Positions 9,478 through 19,277 of a DNA stretch of 53,665 nt are shown here, piece after piece (within the stretch, counting starts at the first letter, position 1; each line of letters begins with the position of its first letter). A program made the translations under genes and the position numbers. This stretch comes from a virus (lineage: Duplodnaviria; Caudoviricetes). The stretch spans positions 1 through 53,665 of IMG/VR virus record IMGVR_UViG_3300043434_000453; one strand, written 5' to 3'. A model generated the notes under the pieces. It did no database searches, was not told where the DNA came from, and saw only the letters and a program-made list of their open reading frames with translations.

Positions 9478-12400
9478 GAAGCAGACTGTCTGGTATCGCT
9501 ACTACATGGGCCTACATTTCGGCCTGTGTCACGGCCCCGTTGATGAAGTACAGCGGATTAAGGTCGGCGACCGCGAGGCATGGTATGGCAGCGTGAACTC
9601 GAACACGAGCGTCAGTATCAACGCGCCTAAACTGTTCGGAGGAGACAAGAAAGAGGGTGGCATTGTTGGTCAACTGGATATCGCACTTGGGGGCGTATCG
9701 CAGACGGCCAATAGCTACCTTACAAGCAAAATCGGCACGCCGATGCCGGCATTCAGGGGAATTGTTTCCGCAATATGGAGGCAAGGTCAGGTTTCAGCGA
9801 ACAACCCATACGTTAAGCCGTGGGCCTTCCGCCTCAAGCGCATTCTGGAAGGTTGGTCCGGTGGCGCTGCCTGGTATCCAGATAAAGCTAGCCTGCACCT
9901 CGGAGACGAGGTGATACCAGACAGCTACCACACAATCCTTGCCCACACCGAATCATTCGAATCTGCTTCTGGATGGCCATCTAATAGTTACTTTGTTATT
10001 TCCGGCGGGGCGATTAGCAATAGCACAACGACAGCCCCATGGGACGGCACGCAGATCGAAAAGAACATTACACCAATAACCGACGTCAACAGAATCGAAA
10101 TAGATTTCTCCATAACGTCTTCCGGTTCCGGTGACACAATGGGTGTGAATTTCATACAAGGCATTACCTTCGTAGGTAGATCAGAAACTTTAGTTGATTC
10201 ACAACAAAGGCCTCGGTTCAACGAATCTGTGCTTGATATACAGCCTCTCGATATTGGCACTGGGTACGGGCTTGTTTTTGAGAAAAGCGCGCAGCAATGG
10301 ACAGTGAAGATTGTTCAGACTGCAACTCAAGCAACGATTTACAGCGGCGTTGCTTCAGGTATTCCAAGTGATTTAACCGTCAGCAGGATATCGTTTTACC
10401 GTGATGCGGATCCATCGCCATCAGTAATGGCTGTCAGTGATGTACGGATTTTCAGCGACGTTCCGAGAATTTGCAGCAACTGGGCGATGAACCCCGCGCA
10501 CATCATCTATCAATGCCTGACGGATGGTGTATGGGGAATGGGCTACCCAACCTCCGCACTGGATGACGCATCGTTTACGGCCGCCGCAGACACGCTCTAT
10601 TCAGAAGCGTTCGGCATGTCGTTGATCTGGAATAGGCAGGACACAATTGAGTCATTCATCGGTGTTGTGCTGGATCACATCGGCGGCATCCTGTATGTAG
10701 ACCCGTCCACTGGCAAGTTCGCGCTCAAACTGATCCGCGATGACTACGTGAAGAACACCCTCCCGATTTACGGGCCGTCAAACCTGATCGGCGCCAGCGA
10801 CTACCAACGTCAGGCATTGGGCGAGACAGTTAATGAAATCACTGTCGTCTACACAGATTCGTGCAGCAACAAGGATACGTCAGTCACGGTTCAGGATCTG
10901 GCGAACATCCAGACACAGGGCGCGGTTGTCGCCCAGGTCAAGCAGTACCCAGGCATCACCAACACCACGCTCGCTCAACGTGTAGCTATGCGTGATCTGA
11001 TCGCTGTCAGCACCCCATTGGCAAAGATCAAACTCACAGCGAATCGGCAGGCATGGGATGTGATACCCGGTGACGTCATTCGCTTGACCTGGCCGGAGTA
11101 CGGCATCGAGGATGTTGTCTACCGCGTCCTGGAGGTCAATCGCGGCACGCTTCAAGCTGGCGAGATCACCATCGATGCCGTCGAGGATGTATTCGGCATG
11201 CCGTCGAACACATACGCAGGCACGCAGGCCGGCGGGTGGGTCGATCCGGCGAGCGCGCCTATCCAGATCAGCAGCAGGAAACTGATCGAGGCGCCATATT
11301 GGGATATCGCGCGCACGCTGTCTGCTGCTGATCTGGCGTACCTTGATTCGCTATCGGGCTATCTCCAGACTGTTGCCGCGAGCCCGACCGGCGACTCGAT
11401 GAACTACGAGATCAACGCGAAGGTCGGGGCTGCTGACTACGCTGAAAGGGGCCAGGCCGAGTTCTGCCCGACGGCCACACTGACGTCAGGGCTGACGGTG
11501 ACGACCACCTCCATCGCGTTCAGCGGCATGGTCGATGTGGATTCCGTCGTCACGGGCGGCTACGCGATGATCGGCGATGAGTGCGTAGGCGTCACTGCGA
11601 TTGATGCCGTAGCCGGCACGGCGACCATCACACGCGGGCTGCTGGATACTGTTCCAGCCGCTCACGCATCGGGCGCGCGCATCTGGTTCGTGGACGGTTT
11701 CCAGGGCGAGGATGAGACCGAATACGCAAGCGGCGAGACGGTCGATGTCAAACTGCTCCCGCGCACCGGACTTGGCGAGCTCGAAATCGCGGATGCGGCG
11801 GCGGATTCCTTGACGATGAACCGTCGCCACAACCGGCCATATCCGCCAGGAAAACTTCGAGTGAACACACTGGCCTACCCGGAGTGGATTGATGGTCAGG
11901 CCGCTTTCGCTGTGGCATGGGCACACAGGGATCGCTTGCAGCAGACGGCCTATTTGGTTCAACAGGATGAGAACAGCATCGGCCCGGAGGCAGGCACGAC
12001 GTACAACCTGCGCATCTATGGTGAAACGGACACGCTCATCCGCACCTACTCCGGCCTGTCTGGAACATCGCAGACCTACCCGACCATCGACGAACTCAAT
12101 GATTCGCAGATTATTGGATCGGGGTCGATAAAAGCCTACAACGAAGAAGTGCTTGACGATGCTCCCGTTGCCTATTATCGACTAGGCGAATCATCCGGGA
12201 CGACGATGACAGACTCATCCGGGAATGGCAGGAATGGCACCTATCCCGTGAGTGCAGGGGTCACGCTTGGCGCGTCTGGATTGCTCGGCAGCGGCAGTAA
12301 TACTGCCGTATCACTTAACTCCTCATCTGGCGGCACAAGATTGGACTGTGGCTTTGCTACAGATTACACATCAGCTTGCACGCTAGAGGCCATAATCAAT

Positions 12401-12991
12401 GTAGATGTTTCTCAGCCAAAGGCTTTTCCATTGATCATTGGCAAGGTTGAATACTACGCCAGTGCAGTTGGGCGTTTCCCGGTCGCACTGGTATATGACG
12501 CTGCTACTGACAAACTCAACCTCAGGCTATCGAAAGGCGATGATTACTTGTTAGATTTAGACCTGCGTTCAAATGCGGGCATCGGCGGCGGAACACATCA
12601 CATCGCTGCGGTCTACAGGGCAAACGGCCAGTGTGAGATATGGGTTGACGGAGTAATGCAGGCCAGTAGCACGATCAATTTCACGGTCAGCACAACGACT
12701 CAGAACTGGGTAATCGGCGCAGCACATGAGGCTGGCGGTGGTGTTGGTAATACTGGACTGAAAGGCGTTGTTGATGAAGTTGCAATCTACAACAAGGCCC
12801 TATCGTCGTCTCGCATACAAGCACACGCGAACGCATCAGTGCTGTCCGGCATTTACCGCATCAATGGAAGGCTACGACTGGAACTCGAATCATCCAGGGG
12901 CGGCCTGATCAGCTACCAGAAGCACAACTACACTGTGCTGCGCGAAGGGTGGGGCTTCAACTACGGTCATTACTGGGGCGGGCAGCCCTGA
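9464..12991 (+). CDS. Tail tip / host-specificity protein with a LamG (ConA-like) insert
   Basis: ATG 9464; GLCHGPVD and MNPAHIIY motifs; PVAYYRLGESSG...GVVDEVAIYNKALS LamG signature. Confidence 0.88.
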   Translation: MGSSKKQTVWYRYYMGLHFGLCHGPVDEVQRIKVGDREAWYGSVNSNTSVSINAPKLFGGDKKEGGIVGQLDIALGGVSQTANSYLTSKIGTPMPAFRGIVSAIWRQGQVSANNPYVKPWAFRLKRILEGWSGGAAWYPDKASLHLGDEVIPDSYHTILAHTESFESASGWPSNSYFVISGGAISNSTTTAPWDGTQIEKNITPITDVNRIEIDFSITSSGSGDTMGVNFIQGITFVGRSETLVDSQQRPRFNESVLDIQPLDIGTGYGLVFEKSAQQWTVKIVQTATQATIYSGVASGIPSDLTVSRISFYRDADPSPSVMAVSDVRIFSDVPRICSNWAMNPAHIIYQCLTDGVWGMGYPTSALDDASFTAAADTLYSEAFGMSLIWNRQDTIESFIGVVLDHIGGILYVDPSTGKFALKLIRDDYVKNTLPIYGPSNLIGASDYQRQALGETVNEITVVYTDSCSNKDTSVTVQDLANIQTQGAVVAQVKQYPGITNTTLAQRVAMRDLIAVSTPLAKIKLTANRQAWDVIPGDVIRLTWPEYGIEDVVYRVLEVNRGTLQAGEITIDAVEDVFGMPSNTYAGTQAGGWVDPASAPIQISSRKLIEAPYWDIARTLSAADLAYLDSLSGYLQTVAASPTGDSMNYEINAKVGAADYAERGQAEFCPTATLTSGLTVTTTSIAFSGMVDVDSVVTGGYAMIGDECVGVTAIDAVAGTATITRGLLDTVPAAHASGARIWFVDGFQGEDETEYASGETVDVKLLPRTGLGELEIADAAADSLTMNRRHNRPYPPGKLRVNTLAYPEWIDGQAAFAVAWAHRDRLQQTAYLVQQDENSIGPEAGTTYNLRIYGETDTLIRTYSGLSGTSQTYPTIDELNDSQIIGSGSIKAYNEEVLDDAPVAYYRLGESSGTTMTDSSGNGRNGTYPVSAGVTLGASGLLGSGSNTAVSLNSSSGGTRLDCGFATDYTSACTLEAIINVDVSQPKAFPLIIGKVEYYASAVGRFPVALVYDAATDKLNLRLSKGDDYLLDLDLRSNAGIGGGTHHIAAVYRANGQCEIWVDGVMQASSTINFTVSTTTQNWVIGAAHEAGGGVGNTGLKGVVDEVAIYNKALSSSRIQAHANASVLSGIYRINGRLRLELESSRGGLISYQKHNYTVLREGWGFNYGHYWGGQP

Positions 12992-13004
12992 GAAAGGATG
13001 AGGA

Positions 13005-13361
13005 ATGCCAGCAAGCACTGAGGTCCGGTCGGGCCTGAAGCACGGATGGAGCCTGGGCGAGTCAGGGTGGCACACCGACATGGATGCGAATCTCCTGTCG
13101 ATCGGCCGCTTCGCTTATCACCTGTCCGTCAAGGATCGGGATCTGGCGACGCCGCCCGGATCGCCGGCTGCCGGTGACACCTACATCGTTGCCGCGTCCC
13201 CGACTGGCGCATGGGTCGGGCACGCCGGCAAGGTCGCTATCTGGTCAGGCTCTGCCTGGGTATTCGGCACGCCCCGCATTGGCTGGGTGGCGTACATCGA
13301 GGACGAGGAAAAGCTGACGGCCTATAAAGCTGGCGGATGGTCTGCCGGAATTGCTATCTAA
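13005..13361 (+). CDS. DUF2793-family tail-associated protein
   Basis: PPGSPAAGDTYIVAASPTGAWVGH..W.F..P..GW motif. Confidence 0.85.
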   Translation: MPASTEVRSGLKHGWSLGESGWHTDMDANLLSIGRFAYHLSVKDRDLATPPGSPAAGDTYIVAASPTGAWVGHAGKVAIWSGSAWVFGTPRIGWVAYIEDEEKLTAYKAGGWSAGIAI

Positions 13362-13547
13362 TAGCCTGATTCGCCTCTAAACCTTTCAAGGCGTTACAAG
13401 GCAGATCGTGGCGGGGTTTTCTTAGACAGCAAATGGCAGAAAGGCTTTGCGCCTCAAGCTGTTCCTGGCTGTTTCTGCCATAATTTCAGGTTAAAAGACA
13501 GGGTGCGGTTTCCTCTATGAAACCCGCTCCGGCCTTCTATTAGCAAT
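13362..13547. other. Probable attP region
   Basis: Non-coding gap at the 3' end of the integrase between convergent genes; 10-bp inverted repeat 13433-13442/13472-13481; recurring TCTAA/TTAGA motifs. Confidence 0.5.
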
Positions 13548-14516
13548 CTAAGACTTTCGCCGCATCGCAGGACCGGACACCACGGGAACATCCCTGTCCC
13601 TGATGTAACGCTCCGTCATTGATGCTGACGAATGCCCGGCCAGCGCAGTAGGGTCCACGCCCTGGCGGCGGGCTTCTGTCAGGCTCTTGGCGCGCAGGTC
13701 ATGGATATGGGCATCAGCCACGCCAGCGGCTTCACAGGCTGCCGTCCAGGCGCGCAAGACCCGATGGTATGGGATAGGCTTACCACCTCGCCCGGAAAGC
13801 AGCGTCAGCCCCGTCACAGGCCCGCGCATGGCCTTGGCGCGGTCAACGGTAGCCCGCAGGTCAGGCGACCAACCGACGATCAGCCGCGCGCCCGTCTTGG
13901 CCTGCTTGAATGCGATCCCGTCTTCGGTCAGATCGGCCAGCCTGATCCCGAGCACATCCCCGATTCGCTGCCCGGTCAGGAAGCACAGGTCGATGATGAC
14001 GCCGAGGATGTCGTCGGCCTGTGCCCGGATGGCATCCAGTTCTCGATCGGTCAGGAACCGGCCGCGCTTCACCGCCTTGGCCCGCTTGAGGCCCATTACA
14101 GGGTTGGAGTCGATAAGTTGTTCCTCGACTGCCCAGCCCATGACCAACGACATGACGGCCATGAGCAGGTTCGCCGTTGCCGGCCGGTCCTCGAATGCCC
14201 GGCGCATGGCGGCGACGTGCTTCGGCTTCACCTGGGCTGGAGAGAAGTCGCGGAAAATGTCGGCCAGCCGGTTCGCCGCTGCCCGGTATGCCGCCCGGGT
14301 GGCTTCCGATCGGCCCCGGACGATGGCTGGGAATGCGTTCTCGATAAGCTCCGGCATGCCGCCGGCTGGCGCCGACATGATGCGCCCGTATTCAGCCAGG
14401 GCGGCTGCCATGTCGTGCCCGAGCAGGGTCCACTTGTTGCGCTTGACCAGGTAGAACCCGCTCCCGCGCCGATAGACGCACGGCGGCAGGTCATTGTCCT
14501 TGCGCTTTCGCATCAC
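13548..14516 (-). CDS. int: Tyrosine integrase
   Basis: Catalytic set TGQRIGD (R), KQAKT (K), HDLR (HxxR), LAGH (H), TERY (Y). Confidence 0.95.
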   Translation of the reverse strand: MMRKRKDNDLPPCVYRRGSGFYLVKRNKWTLLGHDMAAALAEYGRIMSAPAGGMPELIENAFPAIVRGRSEATRAAYRAAANRLADIFRDFSPAQVKPKHVAAMRRAFEDRPATANLLMAVMSLVMGWAVEEQLIDSNPVMGLKRAKAVKRGRFLTDRELDAIRAQADDILGVIIDLCFLTGQRIGDVLGIRLADLTEDGIAFKQAKTGARLIVGWSPDLRATVDRAKAMRGPVTGLTLLSGRGGKPIPYHRVLRAWTAACEAAGVADAHIHDLRAKSLTEARRQGVDPTALAGHSSASMTERYIRDRDVPVVSGPAMRRKS

Positions 14517-14707
14517 AACCTCAGTTCAGGTTCCCGTGGCTCCGCCTTCGAAGCGCCCAGCGCCGCGTCCACCGCTGCGACTGATACCACCGGCGATCCA
14601 TCCGGCCGGACAGCATAGCGGATCCCCATCGAGAGCAATGCCCGGCATTGGGCGGTGAACCTGACGCGCCCGGTCAGGGTTTCGACTTCGGCCCTGGTGA
14701 GGATCAC
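14513..14707 (-). CDS. DUF4224-family putative excisionase
   Basis: LT..EV..LTG....AQ...L...GI.....DG.PVV motif; overlaps the integrase start. Confidence 0.8.
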   Translation of the reverse strand: MILTRAEVETLTGRVRFTAQCRALLSMGIRYAVRPDGSPVVSVAAVDAALGASKAEPREPELRL

Positions 14708-15135
14708 AACACCCGTTTCCGCTCATAGATCACGCGGCCGTCCAGGACGATCTTGTCCGAGCCGCCATTTGCCCGTGAGCAGAATATGCGCTTGGCAATG
14801 TCCTTTCCGTACTGGTCGATCACTGCCTGGCGGCGACGCTTCCGGCTGGCGTTGCGGACCTTGCGCACGTCCTTGATTGGAGGCTTCGGCGTATCCTTTC
14901 CAGGCCCGAACGCCCATACCTTTGCCGGGTGCCCGCCTCCGATTGTGACGGAGCGCCATGCTGCGATATGGATCAGGCCGCATTCGTGCAGGTTACGCAG
15001 CGCATCGCAGACGACCTTCCAGACGCGATGCACTGCGGCGGCGATCTCGGTTGACTCTGCCGGCCGCCCGGTTGATCTGAGGTATGCGTAAATCGCACAT
15101 TCAGCCGGGTACGTGGTAGGGCGGCCGGTTCTCAT
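14704..15135 (-). CDS. Putative winged-helix DNA-binding protein
   Basis: 143 aa; HTH-like N-terminus; IHI..W...W..GPG.D motif. Confidence 0.55.
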   Translation of the reverse strand: MRTGRPTTYPAECAIYAYLRSTGRPAESTEIAAAVHRVWKVVCDALRNLHECGLIHIAAWRSVTIGGGHPAKVWAFGPGKDTPKPPIKDVRKVRNASRKRRRQAVIDQYGKDIAKRIFCSRANGGSDKIVLDGRVIYERKRVL

Positions 15136-15374
15136 CCGCGCTCCTCCTGCTGGATCAGTACCTCCAGGTAGTTGCAGGCATCCATCAACTCCTCCTGGGC
15201 ATGCCGGAGCCAGTCCAGGCGCGACAGGTCCGTCCGATCCAAGCCCACCCCGTACTTGAGCAGGCCGGCCTGGGAGCGTGCGAGTAACTTGGCACGGACC
15301 GACTCAACGATCGGGTCAGGGTAGTGCAGTCCATCGTTGCCGTTCTGACCGATGATGTCGATTCGGGATGTCAT
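15132..15374 (-). CDS. Small MazG-like nucleotide pyrophosphohydrolase-type protein
   Basis: GL.KYG..L.R.DL....WL.HAQEELMDACNY motif (EExxD). Confidence 0.6.
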   Translation of the reverse strand: MTSRIDIIGQNGNDGLHYPDPIVESVRAKLLARSQAGLLKYGVGLDRTDLSRLDWLRHAQEELMDACNYLEVLIQQEERG

Positions 15375-15733
15375 GACAGCAACTCCTCGATCATCCTGTC
15401 GATGATCCCGTTCACGCTTTCGTACTCCACGATGTAACGGTCGTTGCCCATGGCTGTTTTGAACGCTTCCCAGGCTACGGCCTGAAGCTCAGTGACGGGG
15501 CGCTGGGCGGGGCGCATGGCAAGGGCGTCATTCAGCACCTTGCGAAGGTTGGCCTCGCGTGCTTTCGCCGCCGCCTGCATGGCCGCAGTATCCGGGTTGA
15601 TGTTGAACCGGAATGACCGCCCGCCTTCCGGATCGGCATAGACAAGGTGGAAGCCATCCGGCCAGCTATCCCAATACCTTTCCTCGCGCACAGGGCGATA
15701 CCGCTTGCCGACTTTCTCGTAGAGGGTGGTCAT
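15371..15733 (-). CDS. Hypothetical protein
   Basis: ATG 15733 (MTTLYEKVGKRY); 4-bp overlaps with both neighbours. Confidence 0.6.
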   Translation of the reverse strand: MTTLYEKVGKRYRPVREERYWDSWPDGFHLVYADPEGGRSFRFNINPDTAAMQAAAKAREANLRKVLNDALAMRPAQRPVTELQAVAWEAFKTAMGNDRYIVEYESVNGIIDRMIEELLS

Positions 15734-16014
15734 ACCCGGTTCCTTGCGCGGATGGTGGCGGCGCAATCTAGACCGCCCCCACGATAACCACTAGACCAAT
15801 CATCCATAGGTGGATGGCGACCAACAGAATCACACGCTTTAGCGCACTCCTCGCGTTCTTCAGCGACAACCATAGCGGCGAAGTGCGCGATCTCGTCCGT
15901 GCAGTACGTGTTCACGGACTTGACAGAGCGCCGCACCTGGCCGCCAGGAAGGTCGTCGATCACGATGTGGAAGCCAGCCAGCCGCGCCAGTTCGATGATC
16001 TTCTCGCGGTTCAT
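15730..16014 (-). CDS. Hypothetical protein (EREECA...CA..IRAR family)
   Basis: ATG 16014; translationally coupled to neighbours. Confidence 0.6.
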   Translation of the reverse strand: MNREKIIELARLAGFHIVIDDLPGGQVRRSVKSVNTYCTDEIAHFAAMVVAEEREECAKACDSVGRHPPMDDWSSGYRGGGLDCAATIRARNRV

Positions 16015-16955
16015 GCTGCCTCCGGATATCCGTTGTGCTCGACGCCGTCGAGGATGCGGCCGGCGAGCGCCTTGCCGACACGGCGAAAAAGAGGCATTCC
16101 GCGCTGGCCATCGCCAGGTTCGAATACACTCCCATCGGCCCACATCCAGTCGCTAAAAGGCGGACCGCAAGGGCATTCATCCTGGTCTGCGTCGATCCAG
16201 TTTCCCCATTGCTTGAACAGGAACGGAACGCTGGCGGCCGCGCATTGGTCCCGCAGGGATCGAGCCCAGTCAGGGTGTATAGGGCGGGCATCGGGACCGG
16301 ATTCGCCGCCGACGATGACCCAGTCGACGCCACCGCGCCATAGAAATGTTGCTTCTTCAATCCATTCTATTCCTCGCCCATGCTCGTCGAAGCGCGCCGG
16401 GACGGGATTCGGCTTGTCAAGACGAATCGGTCCAAGCATAGGTTCGATAGACAGAAACCGCTTAGCCGCCGGCACCTTGAGCAGTTTTGGAATGTCCCGA
16501 TCGGCTTCGGCCTGGTTGCAGATCGTGGCGCCGATCCAGACATGCGGCAGCAGCGGCAGAAATCCGCCGCGCGCCTCGAACATCATGTTTCGCACGTTCC
16601 CGATGCGCTTGGTCAACAACAGCCAGTCAAGGTGTGGCGTGGTGTCGATCAGCGCGAACAGGTCATGGCGCCACTGCGCCGGAACCTCATTGTCGAACAC
16701 GTCCGCCAGCGAGGCGCAGAAAACCCGGTAACGGACGCCCAGGCGCGCGGCCTCGCGGTTCCAAGACAGCGGCTTGCGCCAGTTGGCGGCGCTGGTGCGG
16801 TGGCGTGCCTCGTGCGGCCCCCACTTCACGCCCAACATGGTTGTGGCGCGTTCTTTCTCCGCGTAGCAGTGGTCGCACCCCGGGCCGACCTTCTGGCAGC
16901 CGATCCATGGATTGAAGGTGTGGTGCGCCCACTCAATCTTTGTGTTTGAGCCCAT
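16011..16955 (-). CDS. Gp37/Gp68 (DUF5131) radical-SAM-like protein
   Basis: FNPWIGCQKVGPGCDHCYA (Cx6Cx2C), LLTKR, SIEPMLG, WVIVGGESG, FKQWG. Confidence 0.92.
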   Translation of the reverse strand: MGSNTKIEWAHHTFNPWIGCQKVGPGCDHCYAEKERATTMLGVKWGPHEARHRTSAANWRKPLSWNREAARLGVRYRVFCASLADVFDNEVPAQWRHDLFALIDTTPHLDWLLLTKRIGNVRNMMFEARGGFLPLLPHVWIGATICNQAEADRDIPKLLKVPAAKRFLSIEPMLGPIRLDKPNPVPARFDEHGRGIEWIEEATFLWRGGVDWVIVGGESGPDARPIHPDWARSLRDQCAAASVPFLFKQWGNWIDADQDECPCGPPFSDWMWADGSVFEPGDGQRGMPLFRRVGKALAGRILDGVEHNGYPEAA

Positions 16956-17167
16956 TAGGACACCTCCTTCGCCTTCTGCTTCAGCCACTCGTCCACATCG
17001 GCGCGCAGCCACGCCCACTGATCGCCCATCTTGAACGGGGTCGGCAGCCAGTCAACCGGCTTGCCTTCGTTCATCTTCTTGTGGATCCCGCCCCGGATAG
17101 CCACGACCGTTCGCCCCAGCTTCGCGGCCATTTCGTGGGCATAGAGAACGTCTGCCTGTTCGGTCAT
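16955..17167 (-). CDS. Small AlpA/excisionase-like DNA-binding protein
   Basis: 70 aa; LP.PFKMG...AW.R.DVDEWL motif. Confidence 0.6.
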   Translation of the reverse strand: MTEQADVLYAHEMAAKLGRTVVAIRGGIHKKMNEGKPVDWLPTPFKMGDQWAWLRADVDEWLKQKAKEVS

Positions 17168-17613
17168 GGCTTCGCGCCCTCCAGGTTCAGTTCCTCGTCA
17201 GATGGCTCAAGACTGATCTCGATCCCGTCTTGCAGGTACTCAGCCAGCCTCGCAACCTCGTCGCCGCTCGGCTTGAACGAGACGCCGAAGGTCAGCAGCA
17301 CCTGTAGGCCATCCGTAGGCTCCATGACGAACTTCTTCACCCGCACGCCGAAGTGCGTACTGCCCATCGCCTCCAGCCGGTAGTGCTCCAGTTCGTGCTT
17401 CATCGTCACCGGCCCCATCATGGGATTTCGGACGGCAGTCCCGAGGAACAGCGCATCGACCAGGGCGGGCTCGAAGAAGTCGAGCACGTCAGCGCCCAGC
17501 ATCGTGGACAACTTCAGATCGACGGCGAGCTCCTTGTCGTCCTCCGGACCTTCCTTCCGCGCGTTAATGTGGTCGATGGTGACAAGCGTGCGGTGAAGTT
17601 TGAACTTGCTCAT
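17164..17613 (-). CDS. Hypothetical protein
   Basis: ATG 17613; INARKEG.EDD...AVDLK; coupled overlaps. Confidence 0.65.
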   Translation of the reverse strand: MSKFKLHRTLVTIDHINARKEGPEDDKELAVDLKLSTMLGADVLDFFEPALVDALFLGTAVRNPMMGPVTMKHELEHYRLEAMGSTHFGVRVKKFVMEPTDGLQVLLTFGVSFKPSGDEVARLAEYLQDGIEISLEPSDEELNLEGAKP

Positions 17614-18323
17614 GCTGCTTCCTTCCATGTCAGTTCCATGCTAGCCACGGCCATGATGGCGACGAGGTAGGACTTCTCGATGCTGCCATCCTTGAATGAC
17701 CGCTCAATATCGGCCCTCGCATCCTCATGCTTTTCGAATCGAGTAAATCCGCATTCCCATGCGTGGCCCCAGGCGATCGGCTCCTTCATGCGCTGGCTGC
17801 TGGCCAGGGTCGCGCCCTTCATTAGGTCACGCTGGGCGGCCTCCAGGTTTGCGCGAAGCATGTCGCGGTCCCTGATGATGTCTTCAATCTGCACATCAAC
17901 TTCCCTGCCGATATTGATCAGTTCGTCACGCTGCTGCACGATCGCCTTGATGGCGCCTGCCAGGTCGCCAAGCATGATCTGCCCGGTGTCGCCGATGGCC
18001 GCGCGGATGTCGGAAATGATGCCCAGGAGGGACATGACATCCTCGGTGGCGGCTACGGCCTCGGCCTGGTCCGTCTGCTCCTGTGTGGAGGCCTTCGCAA
18101 CCTTGCAGGCCAGTTTGCCGGCCTCGTACCGGCCCTTGTCCGTAATCAGGTACGCCGGCAACCCGGTAATGTCATCCTTCACCATCTGGATCAGGTCTTC
18201 CTTCTGCATGTGGCGAGCGTTCTCGACAACCTGGGTGCGTTTCAGGCCCATGGTGGCCACCAGGTCATCGACCAGGATCTGCCCATTCGCCACTTCAGCG
18301 AGAATGCGGTCTTTGATTCTCAT
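17610..18323 (-). CDS. Hypothetical protein, N-terminal winged-helix-like plus coiled coil
   Basis: ATG 18323 after AAGGA; Y.IT.KG wing-like motif. Confidence 0.6.
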   Translation of the reverse strand: MRIKDRILAEVANGQILVDDLVATMGLKRTQVVENARHMQKEDLIQMVKDDITGLPAYLITDKGRYEAGKLACKVAKASTQEQTDQAEAVAATEDVMSLLGIISDIRAAIGDTGQIMLGDLAGAIKAIVQQRDELINIGREVDVQIEDIIRDRDMLRANLEAAQRDLMKGATLASSQRMKEPIAWGHAWECGFTRFEKHEDARADIERSFKDGSIEKSYLVAIMAVASMELTWKEAA

Positions 18324-18337
18324 GCTGCTGTCCTTTC

Positions 18338-18823
18338 TCAGATGACGTAGGCCCATGGGCCACGGCCGATCGGGGCAAACGGGATGTCATCGCCCATATC
18401 TGCAAAACATCCTCCGCCACCACCCTGCGCCGGCTTACTTGCACTATTCGCGCGCGGCTGTGCAGGCGCACTTGCACTATCGCCGCCGGAACCGGAGCCG
18501 GAGCCCAACATCTGCATGGTGTCAGCCCGCAGTTCCCACGACTCGCGCTCAACGCCGTCCTTCTCGTACTTGCGCGACTGCATCTTGCCGGCCACCAGCA
18601 CACCGGAACCTTTCTTCAGGTACTGCGCGCAGATTTCAGCCAGCTTCCCGAAGGCGTTGACGCGATACCAGGTCGTGGATTCCTTCTTCTCGCCGTCCTT
18701 CGACTTCCAAGACTCCGTGACAGCAACGCTGAAGTTCGCCACCGCATCCCCTGAAGGCATGTAACGCATTTCTACGTCGCGCCCAAGGTGCCCGGCGATT
18801 ACCGTCTGATGAAAGTTCGCCAT
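18338..18823 (-). CDS. ssb: Single-stranded DNA-binding protein
   Basis: OB-fold motifs (GHLGRD, FGKLAEIC..YL.KG); acidic tail DDIPF. Confidence 0.95.
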   Translation of the reverse strand: MANFHQTVIAGHLGRDVEMRYMPSGDAVANFSVAVTESWKSKDGEKKESTTWYRVNAFGKLAEICAQYLKKGSGVLVAGKMQSRKYEKDGVERESWELRADTMQMLGSGSGSGGDSASAPAQPRANSASKPAQGGGGGCFADMGDDIPFAPIGRGPWAYVI

Positions 18824-19065
18824 CAGTTCACCCCTTTCTTCTTTGCAACCATGGCGATCATTTCGCCCACGGTGTTCAGCGACTCGGCCTCGGCATCATC
18901 AATCTCGATACCGAACTCATCCTCCAGCACCATGACAAGCTCGATCTCGTCCATGCTGTCCATGCCAAGTTCGCCCTTCGTAGTGGCCTCGGTGACTTCT
19001 CGCTCCATGACGCCAAGGCAGTTGGCGACAGTTCGGATAACCTGCTTCTGGATGTCCATGGTCAT
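18823..19065 (-). CDS. acpP: Acyl carrier protein
   Basis: 80 aa, very acidic; LGMDSMDEIELVMVLEDEFGIEIDD.EAE...TV matches ACP, including the phosphopantetheine Ser. Confidence 0.9.
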   Translation of the reverse strand: MTMDIQKQVIRTVANCLGVMEREVTEATTKGELGMDSMDEIELVMVLEDEFGIEIDDAEAESLNTVGEMIAMVAKKKGVN

Positions 19066-19274
19066 TCCTCAACTTTCTCGGCGGGCTTCTCGCCGGCATG
19101 CTCGAACTTGATGCCCGAACCCATGTAGCGGGCAACATCCATGGCGCTTGCCACCTCGACGGACAGCCGATCCTCGGCCACATGGCGCATGGCCTGGGCC
19201 TGGCTTGTTGCCTGCACGAGACGAGGAATTCCGTTCGCCTTGTCGCGCACGATGTAGATTCGTTGTGCGGTCAT
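19062..19274 (-). CDS. Hypothetical protein
   Basis: 70 aa; RIY.V......RLV.A.SQAQA.RHVA motif. Confidence 0.65.
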   Translation of the reverse strand: MTAQRIYIVRDKANGIPRLVQATSQAQAMRHVAEDRLSVEVASAMDVARYMGSGIKFEHAGEKPAEKVEE

Positions 19275-19277
19275 GGC

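Noticed and set aside
9464..13361. Diversity-generating retroelement acting on the tail tip
   Set aside because: No reverse transcriptase ORF and no template/variable repeat pair noticed by eye; a self-alignment would be the definitive check.
13362..13547. Identifiable integration target (tRNA 3' end or dusA fragment) in attP
   Set aside because: I could not recognise a tRNA-like or dusA-like core; the target remains unknown without a search.
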